A DNA stretch of 64,000 bases from Octopus vulgaris (Eukaryota), in contig OX597816.1 in the NCBI GenBank assembly GCA_951406725.2, forward strand, positions 11,594,001 through 11,658,000, given 5' to 3'. Below are positions 24,166-36,730 of this stretch, one piece after another. How positions within the stretch are numbered: position 1 is the first letter of the stretch; each line of letters opens with the position of its first letter. The position numbers and the translations under genes are program-made. Below the pieces are notes generated by a model. That model saw nothing but the letters and a program-made list of their open reading frames with translations. It searched no databases and was not told the origin of the DNA.

Positions 24166-25519
24166 ATATACATATATATATTTTCTGATAATCTAAGGGA
24201 CAAAGGCCCACCTAAGTAGTGATTTTTAGGTGTCCTCCTGCTTTTATTTAAACGACAAATTCAGTAGGGATTGAACTCAGAACTTTTGACTGAGCTTATT
24301 GCTCAGCCACACACACTCACTCACACGATGTGAGTGGATCTGGTGGACAGGAATTGATAGAAGGCAGCTGAATACATGTGTGTGTGTGTGTGTGTCTTTC
24401 TGTATATGTTTGTCCCCCTATCACTGCTAGATGACCGATGTTGGTTTGTTTACTGTATGTACTAGTCGGTGTAGGAACCCAGCTGTAGGACCCATGCCGA
24501 AACAGACATGGGAGCTTACCATAGTCCTCTAGTTCAGTAGCTTTTGTCGAATCGTCCAACCTCTGATGGCATGGAAAATGGACGTTAAATTCTGACAATG
24601 GTGATGATGATGATGATGATAATGATGATGTTCATGATGATCATGATGCTGATGTTATATATCCTACATAATTTGTCTAATAAATAGAGAGAATTTTCTA
24701 AACATTTCTAATGACATGTATCTACCATTAATATATGATCACTTCTAGCAACTACGCCACACTTCACAGGGTTCCGAATTAATTCATGCATATTAAGGAT
24801 GAATATTTCATCTAGAACATTCCAAAATTCACTCTTCGCAACTTCACCACCGGCAACAAAGACATCAATGCTCTCATGAATAATGTTTATTCCACAATCT
24901 CTCACGGTGATAAAGGAAGCCGCACAGTGTGGTGCTTGTATAGAATATCTCGTATAAGATCTCGTGAAACAATAACCGTGGGCATCGTTGTAATCAATTA
25001 CTGTTTTTGTTTTATGATTCCTTTCCAATTAAAATGACTATTGACGATCTCGTTTGTTTGTATTTGAATGACTTTCTTAACTGATTCCAAGTCGACAGTA
25101 ACGTCTCCGACTTTATTAACATGTATACTATTAGAGCATTCAATAGACAGACTTTAATGTGTTATAATAAAAGTTTTCGTTTAAGAATACTATTAACGCA
25201 GAACTTTATCATTTTATACATACATACTCACACAAATGTATGTGTTTGCTTGTTTATAAAATCATAGAGTTGTGTGTGTGTGTGTGAGAATAATTGCATG
25301 TACATATGTATATACATATAAGCGAATATATATATTATTGTGTCTAGGGAGAGTTGTTCTCTTTTAGTGCCTTTTTACATCACATGCTCACTAGTTCAAT
25401 TTCCACTCATTTACTTTTTAAATTTTTTCTAAAATTTTTGTTGCATTTTGCAACCCCCTCAGTAGTCATTGACTGTCCATTACCAGAGCTGCATTCTCTT
25501 TGTTAAATGAAATTATCAG

Positions 25520-25900
25520 AATGGAAATTGCAGATGTGTTACCAGTGCCGGTGGCATGTAAGAGAACCTTCCGTTTCGCAACCGTTGCCAGCACCGCCCC
25601 GTTTCGTGTCCGTTGCCAGCCTCGCCTGGCCCTTGTGCCGGTGGCACATAAAAAGCACCATCCGTTCGTGACTGTTTGCCAGCTCTGTCTGGCACCTGTG
25701 TGGGTGGCACGTAAAAAGCACCCACTACACTCACGGAGTGGTTGGCGTTAGGAAGGGCATCCAGCCGTAGAAACACTGCCAGATTTGACTGGGCCTGATG
25801 AAGCCTTCTGGCTTCACAGACCCCAGTAGAACCGTCCAACCCATGCTAGCATGGAAAACGGACGTTAAACGACGATGAAACGACGACGATGATGATGATG
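25520..25900 (+). mobile_element. Family C retroposon
   Basis: Colinear with other copies. Confidence 0.8.
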
Positions 25901-26946
25901 ATATATATATATATATATAGGTGTAAAATGGTTGAATGTAGATTCGTCCTCTAATTTGGAGATTTCCAAGAAAGATTTCTAAGGCTGATTCTTCATATTT
26001 TGCTGGTAATTTACAGGCGTAAATTTGTGAATATCAAAGTAATACTTGTATATGGTGTATTGTGAATTTATGGAAAGACGTCCCATAAAACTCAACAATT
26101 TAGCTAAAAATGGAGAAGACAAGTTGTTAAAATATATAAGAGAATTTTAACTCATGCAGACGATTGTTTTGTGCAGAGATATAAAAATAATGCAAATTCA
26201 TGATTGAATTGAATTAGATTAAATTAATTAAATAAATAAATTAATTATATATCAATGTACTCTTCAGTGTAGGAAGTATAGACAAAATTTTTACAATGAA
26301 CTTGAGAAAGGAATTAGCAGAAGAACAGAATCTAGGGGATTCATATTTATCCTTATGAGAAAGAGATGCGAGTCCCCTTAGGTATTAACTATAACTAGAG
26401 TTTATGGAAGACCAGCAGTCACCCATGCATACCAGCGTTCCCTCTCCACGCCCCTGATGTTATTCAAAGGAGAGGCAAAGGGTCCAATACAGCTTGGCAC
26501 CAGTGACATCACAATTCATTTCTACAGCTGAGTGAACTGGAGCAACATGAAATAAAGTGTCTTGCTCAAGAACACAACATGAAGCCCAGTCCAGGATTCG
26601 AGCTCACAACCTCATGATTGTGAGCCTTTACACCATATATATATATATATATATTAAAATTATTCAAAAGACATACTAAGTATGTCTACCTGCTGGAAAT
26701 AACATTCAAAACTCTTATTTAAATTGCCAAAATACACTGATGATAACTACAGAAATCAACTGAAGGCAAATCAGGTTAACACACACACATACATACATAC
26801 GACAGGCTTCTTTCAGTTTCCATCTACCAAATCCATTCACAAGGCTTTGGTCAGCCAAAGGCTATAGTACAAGACACTTGCCCAAGGTGTGAATACCTGT
26901 GTATATATAAATAGGGACGTTAAACGACGATGATGATGATGATATT

Positions 26947-27000
<54 letters not shown>

Positions 27001-27488
27001 ATAATTTGTGCACGTCTGTCTGTATGTGTGTGTGTGTGTATACATGTGCAAATGCCTGCATATATATATAAATAGGTATATATATACATCATGATATAAT
27101 CAGTGCACATATCTGTCTGTATGTGTGTGTGTGCGTGTGTGTACGTGTGCGTGCCTGTGTCATTGAAGTGCACACAGTGAATGGCTTAGAGAGTCTGGCG
27201 ACACAGACCCCCACACTGTAATAATAGCAGAAGCAAGACTGAAGAGACAAACGGAGACAGTCATTGATTTTACACATTTCCTCAGAATGATAACTTTCCT
27301 ACAAATTTGAATACTATATTCTCAGATACATCAATATCTGGTTAAAAGTTGATAAATTCCTTTGATAAGATGAATAATTCTTTTAAGATTTCTATAGAGT
27401 AAAACGAAGGAAACATACATTGATCTGTCAATAAAACACTTTGTATACACACACACACACACACACAAATACACATACACACATGCAT

Positions 27489-27578
<90 letters not shown>

Positions 27579-27859
27579 TTATATTTGTGTCTCTTTATTG
27601 AATAAGTCTTACAATAGCCAGAAATTTGGAAGAAAGGAGATGGCTGCTAGCAATTCATATTGTTTGGAAAGATCCACTGGGAGAAAGAAATACATAAACT
27701 TCTAGACAACTGGATATGAATAATGCCACAGAAATTAGCTATGGTAAGATACTTCAAGACAAAGACGGAATATAGAAAAGGCTCTGTCTTTGGTTTGGGT
27801 GAAACAAAGTTTGGCTGTTATACACATATAATACATATATATATATACATATCTATCTA

Positions 27860-27946
<87 letters not shown>

Positions 27947-27976
27947 ATATATACACATATATATATAGTAAGATAG

Positions 27977-28084
<108 letters not shown>

Positions 28085-28993
28085 ATGTATATATACAGAA
28101 ATGTATGAAAGAAAACATCAATAACAAATCTTATAGCTTTCTGCTTGGTGTTTATTGGATTAAATAGTTACCCATAAAAGATTCGATATTAGAATGTTTA
28201 GTTGTCGCTGAATTCACGAGATATTGATAAACAGGAATTATTACCATTTTTGTTATGCCAAAATACTCTTTTATTTAGTCGTAGCCATATATCCGTAGGT
28301 GTTTAGATTTTCCTGCTCATTTACTTTTCTAGATACTCTTTATGTAAGAAGGTTTTCCATTGATCTTGTTCTTGTATTAGTTTTCTAGACTCATACAGAA
28401 TGGGCCTCACTCTCTTTCTCTCCCTCTTGGTACACACCCACCCACCCACACACACACACATATGTTTGTATATTTTGGTTTCCCAATATTTATTTACTTT
28501 CTCTTACTTAAAAATATAGATAAGATTGATAAAAATCTTACAATGTAATCTTTACATAATAAATTTTTTATATTTAATTGAAATTCATTTTTGTTAATAA
28601 GACTTGTCTATTCATCAGTTTGGGGATATTTTCACAAATTATATCTTTAAAAAAAGCCTGCCCATTTTTTATACCAACCCACCCAAGGCCACTCCTAGTT
28701 CCATGATACAAGTAATAAAATAAATGCGCTCTTTTTAAAGCCTAGCCAGGCTCATGGGCCGGTTTCCCGGTTTCTATGGTGTATGTGTTCCCCAGCTGGA
28801 CGGGATGCCAGTCCATCACAGGATTACTCATTTTTGCCAGCTGAGTGGACTGGAGCAATGTGAAATGAAGTGTCTTGCTCAAGAACACAATGCATCACCC
28901 GATCCAAGAATCGAAACCACAACCTTATGATCATGAGTTCAACACCCTGACCACTAAGCCACATGCTTCCACCCATGACACAAGCAGCTTATT

Positions 28994-29217
28994 TTATCCC
29001 TTTAGCATTTAAACCAGCCATGTTCGCCCAAAATATTCTGCCTGGTTCATGTTCAAACTGGCTAGATCTGGTTCCTCATACCAGCCCTATAATATTATTC
29101 TCAAAATGAACAGCTACCTCACAAAATCTCACAACCACAAGATAATGCACGATTGATTCAAAATAATGTGAATAAATAAGCATTACATTTGGTAGAGTAA
29201 TCTGAATGCTAAAGTGA
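28994..29217 (+). mobile_element. piggyBac-like MITE family 2
   Basis: CCCTTTAGCATT...AATGCTAAAGTG TIRs; colinear with 42651-43294. Confidence 0.65.
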
Positions 29218-29633
29218 TCTACATTAACCTTTAGCATATGATAAGTGCATCATGTCACTGCATGAGTTTTCTCCCCTGTTGTAACAGAGCAGTGGCCTGG
29301 GGAAACAGTTCAAGGGAAAATCCATGAAAATTTTATATTAATTCTTGTTTCAAATACCAGCTTAATAATAGCAAAAGAAGCTTCTTAAATTCTTCATTAT
29401 TTTTTAAATGAATTAAAAAGAAAGTAGTATTTTTGACAACAAAAGCATCACTAACTGATACTAAATGGAGATTTTACGATTGACATATTTTAATTTATTA
29501 ACATAGTAGTATATTATGATAATATGATATGATATAATATAGATATAAATATTATAATCCTACAATTAAACATATTTAATTCAGTGTGTTCTAGAATCTA
29601 AAACTCCTTATATGTAATTTTTGTCAAAAATTT

Positions 29634-29708
29634 CCCTGATGAGATTCTTACCCAAAGACATGAATTTTTATAAATTTATTACTGGGTCTGAATCAAAACA
29701 ATTGTAGG
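29634..29708 (+). ncRNA. Degenerate hammerhead-like motif in an inverted-repeat element (29467-29812)
   Basis: CC CTGATGA GATTC..ACCCA...TGGGT..GAATC AAAAC AATT GTA GG; G12 mutated to A. Confidence 0.5.
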
Positions 29709-31040
29709 CTTATAAGATTTATATTTGTACTATATCATATTATAATATATTTTATTATAATATGATATAATATCATGTTAATAAAGCAAAATATGTCAAT
29801 TGTAAATCTCTATCTTCTTTTCATGTTTGTATATTTAATATATATGCATATGAATTGTGAAAATATTCTTCTTTGCTGTATTGGGTATTAAACCAGTAAA
29901 CCAGTGAAAAATTAGATGTTTTCATCCCTAAAGGGGAGCCTGTTTTCCTTGTATTGGATTTTAATTATATAGATATATATATATAGATGTATGTATGTAT
30001 GTATGTATGTATGTATGTGCTTAAGAGGACCCATCAAGCCAAGTGCACCCATGCTGGTGGCACATAAAGAAAATCTTTTGAGTATTGGGCCTCACAGGGG
30101 CAAAGTGGCTGAGTTCCTTTCGAGTGCTGGGACTCGTGAAGGCAATGACAAAAGACCTTTGGTATTATGTTGTGCTTGAGAAGAAAACCCACCAAGCTGA
30201 GCAAAATTGCCATCAGGTCAGATACCGGTGTCATGCAAATTGGCACCTATGCCGGTGGCAGGTAAATGCACCCATTACATTCTCGGAGAGGTTTGCATTA
30301 GGAAGGGCATCCAGCCATGGAAAAGCATGCCAAATCAAACTGGAGTCTGATGCTGTCTTCCAGCATGCCAGTCCTAGTCAAAACATCCAACCCATGCCAA
30401 CATGGACAACGGACGTTGAATGATGATGATGATGATGATGATATCTATCTATCTATACATATTATAAGTAAAAGTATCTAAGAGATACCACCATGCTTTT
30501 AATCGTAGTCAAAACCTGACTCTAAAACCACATCAAATGTTCAATACAGCACATTGTGAAAAAACAAAGATAAATCATCATCATCATCATCATCATTATC
30601 ATCATCATCGTTTAACATCTGCTTTCCATGCTAGTATGGGTTGGACGATTTGACTGAAGGCTAAACTAGTAAAAATTGATATGGTTTTCAAGTCAGATTT
30701 TGACTGCTATTTCAAGCATGCCAGTATCTCTTAGACACCCTTACTTAAAATTTTAGTAATAATTGTAACCTATAAGGTTTTTCTTCCCATGCTGCCATTT
30801 GATTTGATGGATATTTAAAATAACAAACTTCTTATTTATATAGAAATTTATATATCTTCACTTTGTCAATATATTTACTGCAGTGGTATTCTGACCATAT
30901 ACAGCACATGGTGTTTGGATGGATAACTGAATTGGTCATTGTATATATGTGCATATTTATGTATATACCCATGCGTATACGTAAGTATTCATATGTTTGT
31001 GTGTATATGTATAAGTAATTATGTACAATTCTTGGTATAT

Positions 31041-31094
31041 TTCATTGACGAAGGCAAAGTATTTTTATACAAAGCCAGAAATGCAGGGTCTGGA
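31041..31094 (+). ncRNA. Degenerate hammerhead-like motif in a tandem/inverted element
   Basis: TTCA TTGACGA A GGC...GCC A GAAAT GCAGG GTC TGGA. Confidence 0.4.
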
Positions 31095-31213
31095 ATTTTA
31101 CAATTTTCACTAGTTTGTTTATCTATTTGTCTTTTCACCTTGTGCTGTATTGAACACTTGATGTGGTTTTAGAGTCAGGTTTTGACTGCTATTTCAAGCA
31201 TGGTGGTATCTCT

Positions 31214-32295
31214 TCTAAACGAATTGAAGGTATTACTGATCTTGATTATTGGGACCGCCTCAAAGCCTTGAAACTCTATTCTCTCCAGCATCACCGCGAG
31301 TGGTACATCATTTGTATGATGTGGAAAATATACCACCAGCATTGCCCAAATGACCTGAACATTAGTTTCAAGGTTCATCCAAGGCTGGGACCATGGGCCA
31401 TACGTCTCCTGCCCAATTCAGGATCACAGCATATAGGTACACTGCAACATAATTTCTTTTCCTCAACAGGTCCTGCCCTGTTTAACATTGTCCCAAAAAC
31501 TGATCATCACATTTAAATGGAGTCTGGATAGATTTGTAGTGATCCTATACAATGGCGTGCGCTCGCGCACCGTCCATTTTCTATTTCGCGCGTGCGAGTG
31601 TTGGTGCCTTCACCAAGGCACAGAAAGGAAGGGCCCTCTCGCGCATGTGCGAACCACCGGAAGAACCCTTTTGCCTACGTGGCAGTTAGCGAGGCAAGGG
31701 GGTCGTAGAACGTTTGACCACTAGCAGCAGTCAGCGCGGACTTGGGACATGGCTATCGAAGGTACTACACGTATATTCTCTCTGTCCGTATTTGATAGCA
31801 GTCGGCCGAAGATTTTAACCAAAATTGTTGCCGACCACATCTTCTTCCTCCGGATGCCATCTTTAACCCGTTCTGTTTTTAGCGGCTGAACATTGTAAAT
31901 ATTACAATCCATTAACTTTCAGCTTTGTGCGCCCAGAACCAAGGACACCAGATAACCACTTATTGTTACTGTTACCACATTAGAGAATAAAGTAGTTATG
32001 TATATTTTACGTCTGCGTCTTGTTGTTTCTGACTGGTAGAATTCTGGATTATTAAAGCAACGGCTAGTGATTGCTTTGTGCAACCCAAAAGTGCACGAGG
32101 ATATTCACTAAGTTCGTTACAGATTCCTTCAAGGAATACCAGATAAGCCACCCATACAACTCACTCAACAAGAATTCACTACTTGAATGGACCATAAACA
32201 AAACTTGACTTAAACAGGATTCAAATAATCCTATCAGGTGATGCTATTAAGTTAGACATGGCCTGAACCAATCATTGGTCGAAACATATCTAAGT
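31214..32295 (+). mobile_element. CR1-group LINE 3' fragment split by a solo LTR
   Basis: KRIEGITDLDYWDRLKALKLYSLQ..RE.Y...GPALFNIVPK...FKWSLDRF / LQGIPDKP...NSLLEW, typical CR1 ORF2 C-terminus. Confidence 0.8.
31535..32121 (+). mobile_element. Solo LTR (Gypsy-like), 587 bp
   Basis: TGTAGTGA...TCGTTACA termini, 4-bp TSD GATT (31531-31534 and 32122-32125), CpG-rich, internal AATAAA, interrupts the CR1 reading frame cleanly. Confidence 0.85.
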
Positions 32296-32397
32296 TTTTA
32301 CCCTTATTTATAATTTTAACAATAATTAAAACCTATAAGGTTTTTCTTCTCATGCTGCCACTTGATTTGATTGTTATTTAAAATATCGATTTTATCC

Positions 32398-32449
<52 letters not shown>

Positions 32450-32758
32450 ACATATATAAAGTGCTGCTTTCAGTTTTCATTTATCAAAACTATTCACAAG
32501 GCTTTGGATGGCACAAAGCTATAGTAGGAGACATTTGACTGAGGTGCCATGCAGTGGAACAGAACCTGAAACCATGTGGTTGGGAAGCAAACTTCTTTAC
32601 ACCACTACCATACTTTGCATCTATGAATGAATACATAAATGTATGTGCATATATATATATTTGTATGTATGTAGTCATTGATTTTTGTTTTGTTAGTTCT
32701 CTATTTCAGTCATAACTGACTGAAATTTTAAATTAATTATGAAACAATATTTGAACAG

Positions 32759-32793
32759 ATAAAACCAAAGCGCCAAAGGAGTCTTCATATCAG
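32759..32793 (+). CDS. Candidate exon (x)KTKAPKESSYQ of an unrecognised plus-strand gene
   Basis: Acceptor ttgaacag, donor CAG/GTAAAA, 35 nt, phase 1-0. Confidence 0.35.
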
Positions 32794-33046
32794 GTAAAAT
32801 AATATATTTGTCCAGACATATTACCATATTAGTAGCCCCGGGCTTTAGCGATTTTCTGCATAAATCCTACTTGATGATAATTAGATCAATATTTTCAATT
32901 TTATTTAATTTTGTTTGTAAACTGACAACAAAACTGAGCTTAGTGGTAAAACAATTGATGTACAGGAAGTGACATCTTTGAAATTCATAACAAAAGCTGG
33001 TACATTAAGAGAAAGTTGCAAGTTTCATAGTTTTTCAGTTGGTGAA

Positions 33047-33480
33047 AGATCTCGTCAAGATCTGGTCAAGCAGATCTCATCAAGCAGATCTCGTCAAGAA
33101 GATCTCGTCAAGCAGATCTCATCAAGCAGACCTCTTCAAACAGATCTCATCAAGATCTTGTGAAGACGATCTCATCAAGAAGATTTCGTCAAGAAGCTCT
33201 TGTCCAGAAGATCTCGTCAAGAAGATCTCATCAAGCAGATCTCTTCAAACAGATCTCATCAAGCAGATCTCATCAAGCAGATCTCGTCAAGAAGATCTCA
33301 TCAAGAAGATTTCGTCAAGAAGCTCTTGTCAAGAAGATCTCGTCAAGAAGATCTCGTCAAGCAGATCTCGTCAAGTAGATCTCGTCAAACAGATCGCGTC
33401 AAACAGATCTCTTCAAGCAGATCTCATCAAGCAGATCTTGTCAAGAAGATCTCGTCAAGAAGATCTCATCAAGCAGATCT
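33047..33480. repeat. 14-bp minisatellite (AGMAGATCTCRTCA), about 31 copies
   Basis: Head-to-tail copies containing the AGATCT palindrome. Confidence 0.95.
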
Positions 33481-33825
33481 ATAGAATAGTGTTATTACTC
33501 CATGTCAGACCTGGACACACTAGCGACTATTAGGTGTTTCTACAGTCCTAAAAACCCAGGAACTGCCATACCAAGGCCCAAGGCCCCACTATCAGATGCA
33601 GTTTAAAATCTTACCCAGGACAGGTGAAGAGTTTCAGTGCAAAGCAGTGCATCACCCATGCTCTCAAGAAGTACCAACCCTGATCAAGCAGACCAATTAT
33701 CAAAAGCATTCCAGCCATGACCATCCCATCTATTTGGGAGAATCTTTAATTACATTATCTAACATGACTTTATACTCTACAACCTGGGAGATTGCAACTT
33801 GTCTCAGCTGCTCACTTTAGCATAG

Positions 33826-33877
33826 AAGCTGCTTTATTGGCTAATTTTCTGTCTCGGGTTTCTGGGTTCAATTCTTG
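33826..33877 (+). CDS. Candidate exon KLLYWLIFCLGFLGSIL (hydrophobic, transmembrane-like)
   Basis: Acceptor ctttagcatag, consensus donor G/GTGAGT, phase 0-1. Confidence 0.45.
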
Positions 33878-34462
33878 GTGAGTAGTCCTTCACTTACCTA
33901 TCCCATTTAAACTGATATATGTGAATATGATAAATGTGTGAATCAAAAATGATGGCTAAAAGCATAAAAGAAGGCAAAGTTTGGTGTGTGTCGTATAATT
34001 TTATATAACTTCAGAACAACAACAATGCTGTCAGAAATATTATATTATGTATACAGTATATTTCAGAATTAATTAAGATAAATTCTGTCTGATTTTAGTA
34101 AATTATTAAAAATTTTCCTTAGGAAGTCAATTTGTGTGACATTTTGAATTTAGATTTTTAATTTAAATTATGAAAATTAAAAATTACAACATTAGCTAAA
34201 TTAAAAGAAACAACAACAACAACAAAAATAATCCTTTTTACTATAAGCACAAGTCCTAAAATTTGTGGGGAGGGGACTAATCAATTACATCGACCCCAGG
34301 GTTTCACTGGTACTTAACTTATCGACCTTGAAAGAATGAAAGGCAAAGTTGACCCTGGCAGAATTTGAACTCAGAATGTAGTGATGGACGAAATGCCACT
34401 AAGCATTTTTCCCGGCATGCTAACGATGCTGCCAGCTTGCTGATTTAATAATAATAATAATG

Positions 34463-34504
<42 letters not shown>

Positions 34505-34505
<1 letters not shown>

Positions 34506-34836
34506 GGAGGATGTAGAATCTTAAAACAAAAACTGTTCCTGTTATTGTAGGTGCCCTAGGTATGATAAAAAAGGGATGTCAGAAACACCTAGACAATATC
34601 CCTGGAAAACCATGTCTCAAGGAAATCCAAAAGATTGTGCTAACAAGTACTGCCCACATCCTTAGAAAAACCCTATCAATGTAAATGTTTGTGTTTGCAT
34701 TACATGGAGATATATCTCTACTTCCCCTCCCCAAGCTTTCAGCTATATTTCAACAACTCTTAACCTTCACTTGCCCTAGGGTGCTGGGTGTGCCCCGGCA
34801 GGTGATTGCATCAAACATGCAGATTAAAAGTAAATG
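34505..34836 (+). mobile_element. R4/Dong-clade non-LTR retrotransposon 3' end inserted in (TAA)n
   Basis: RM*NLKTKTVPVIVGALGMIKKGCQKHLDNIPGKPCLKEIQKIVLTSTAHILRKTLSM*; (TAA)n on both sides. Confidence 0.85.
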
Positions 34837-34842
34837 ACAATG

Positions 34843-34899
<57 letters not shown>

Positions 34900-35755
34900 G
34901 TAATAATAGTAATAATAATAATCCTTTCTACAGGAAGCACAAGGCCTGAAATTTGGTGGGAAGGGATAAGTCGATTAAATCGACCCCAGTACTCAACTGG
35001 TACTTAATTTATTGACCTTGAGAGGATGAATTGCAAAGTTGATCCTGGTGGAATTCGAACTCAAAACGTAGCGACGGACAAAATCCCGCTACACATTTTT
35101 CCAGCATGTTAACGATGCTGCCAGCTTGTCACCTTAACAACAATAATGATGATGATGATGATGATGGTGGTGGTGATGGTGATGGTGGTGATGGTGGTGG
35201 TGTTGGTGTTGGTAGTGGTGGTGGTGGTGGTGATGATGAAGATGGCAAGAGCACTCAGAGAGTGCTAACCTCTGCCAAGGCAACACCAACGCACTCTTAA
35301 AATGAGAATATCTGAAATAAATTCGACTGCTTCACAAATGAGAATACTAAAAATTAACCTGACCACTCGCAAAAATTAAGTAAAAAAAACACAGAAAAAT
35401 AATCCAGAATCCTTGTCCGGTACCTGATCAATACCAGTGGTAGTCCTGGAATGTGAAGGTAGATGTAGAAAATTTAGAAAACAGTAATAAATAGTTTATC
35501 CTTATCTAATACAAGTTAAAGCTAACAGATTCACCATTCAAAATAGTTTCAAAGCTGGAGGTAATAATAATAAGTTCTACTCAGGAATTTGGGCTTTCTC
35601 TTCTGTTAAATTCTGGTCTTCCTTTAATACTCCTATTGTTTTAGATCAATATATAGATATATGTATATATGTAAGTATACTGTAAAATGTTTATGTGTAT
35701 GTATAATATACAATAAGGCCTTATAAATTCTGGATAAACTTTTGTGTACCTCCAG

Positions 35756-35808
35756 TTGTACCTATTATTCAGTTGTACTATTATTGCCTTGCAACAGTGA
35801 GCATTTGA
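35756..35808 (+). CDS. Candidate last or near-last exon (V)VPIIQLYYYCLATVSI*
   Basis: Acceptor ttttgtgtacctccag, phase 1, continues the hydrophobic stretch; alternative donor GTGAGC at 35797. Confidence 0.4.
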
Positions 35809-35844
35809 ATATAAATAGGTACACCTCCAGTAGTATATAGGATA

Positions 35845-35850
35845 TTTATT
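35845..35850 (-). terminator. Candidate polyadenylation signal (AATAAA) of the minus-strand gene
   Basis: TTTATT on the plus strand about 90 nt past the predicted stop codon. Confidence 0.4.
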
Positions 35851-35937
35851 ATCCCTTAGATGGTTGTCTAACCTCTAACTCATATATACGTAATATATAA
35901 TATATATATATATATTATAAACATATGTTAGTGTCCT

Positions 35938-36003
35938 TTAATTTCTGAACGGGTTTGCTGCCGTTTGTTTATGTAGTTTCATTTCTTTATCCATCAGTTT
36001 CTC
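35938..36003 (-). CDS. Terminal coding exon EKLMDKEMKLHKQTAANPFRN*
   Basis: Strong acceptor cttctattttag, phase 0, TAA stop; AATAAA on the minus strand at 35845-35850. Confidence 0.7.
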   Translation of the reverse strand, partial: EKLMDKEMKLHKQTAANPFRN

Positions 36004-36139
36004 CTAAAATAGAAGCACAATTAAGATTAATAATAGAGAAATGAAGATAAAACTTTGGAAACAGCCTAAAGGGAGATAATTGAGAAAGACTTGAAAGTCA
36101 ACAAACGATTGTAATCATGTAAAATAAGGTAAATATAAC

Positions 36140-36342
36140 AAATAATCCAGAATCCTTGTCTGGCACCAGATTGATCCCAGAAAATCAAATCAGTTTGTGG
36201 CCAATCATGAGGCCAATCATGAGGCCAAACATCTCTGAAAGTTTCATCTGAATCTATCTAGCGGTTCTTGAGATATCTTGTCCATGGACAAACAAACAAA
36301 CAAACACAACTGAAAACAAAACCTCTGCTAAGGTGGAGGTAA
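36140..36342 (+). mobile_element. Helentron-type non-autonomous element 3' part (5' part at 35245-35432)
   Basis: (AAAC)n then terminal hairpin ACCTCTGCTAAGGTGGAGGT; the 5' piece begins CAAGAGCACTCAGAGAG..ACCTCTGCCAAGG. Confidence 0.5.
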
Positions 36343-36418
36343 AAACAACAACAATAATAATAATAATAATAATAGTAATAATAATAATAATCATAATAAT
36401 AATAATAATAATAATAAT

Positions 36419-36692
36419 AGAATCTAAAAACAGAAACAATTCCTATCATAGTAGGTGCATTAGGCATAATAAAATAATATTCAGACAAATACATAACAAA
36501 AACACCAGGACTTACAAACACATATAACAGACAGAAAATTGCACTATTGGGCACTGCACACATCCTACGCAGAACACTTTCAATACATTAACCATCAGAG
36601 CATCTCAACAAATCACAGCACATACCCAAGGCACACAGAGTTGCACTCGGTAGTGAAGTAAAAGCACGTTATAAAAATAAAACTACTGAATA
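36419..36692 (+). mobile_element. Second R4/Dong-clade 3' end inserted in (TAA)n
   Basis: NLKTETIPIIVGALGIIK*YSDKYITKTPGLTNTYNRQKIALLGTAHILRRTLSIH*; different 3' UTR; (TAA)n flanks. Confidence 0.85.
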
Positions 36693-36695
36693 ATG

Positions 36696-36730
<35 letters not shown>

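Larger units (their letters stand above)
30464..32390 (+). mobile_element. Non-coding Penelope-like element (inverted piece plus 482-bp tandem unit) with nested insertions
   Basis: 30464-30678 is inverted relative to 31100-31213; 30679-30825 recurs as 31160-31213 plus 32298-32385. Confidence 0.55.

Noticed and set aside
25942-27741. Upstream plus-strand exon candidates at 25942, 26268 and 27618
   Set aside because: Several mutually competing phase-1 donors; cannot choose without transcript data.
33039-33533. SR-like protein ORF
   Set aside because: 14-bp unit cycles through all frames; no start context or splice support.
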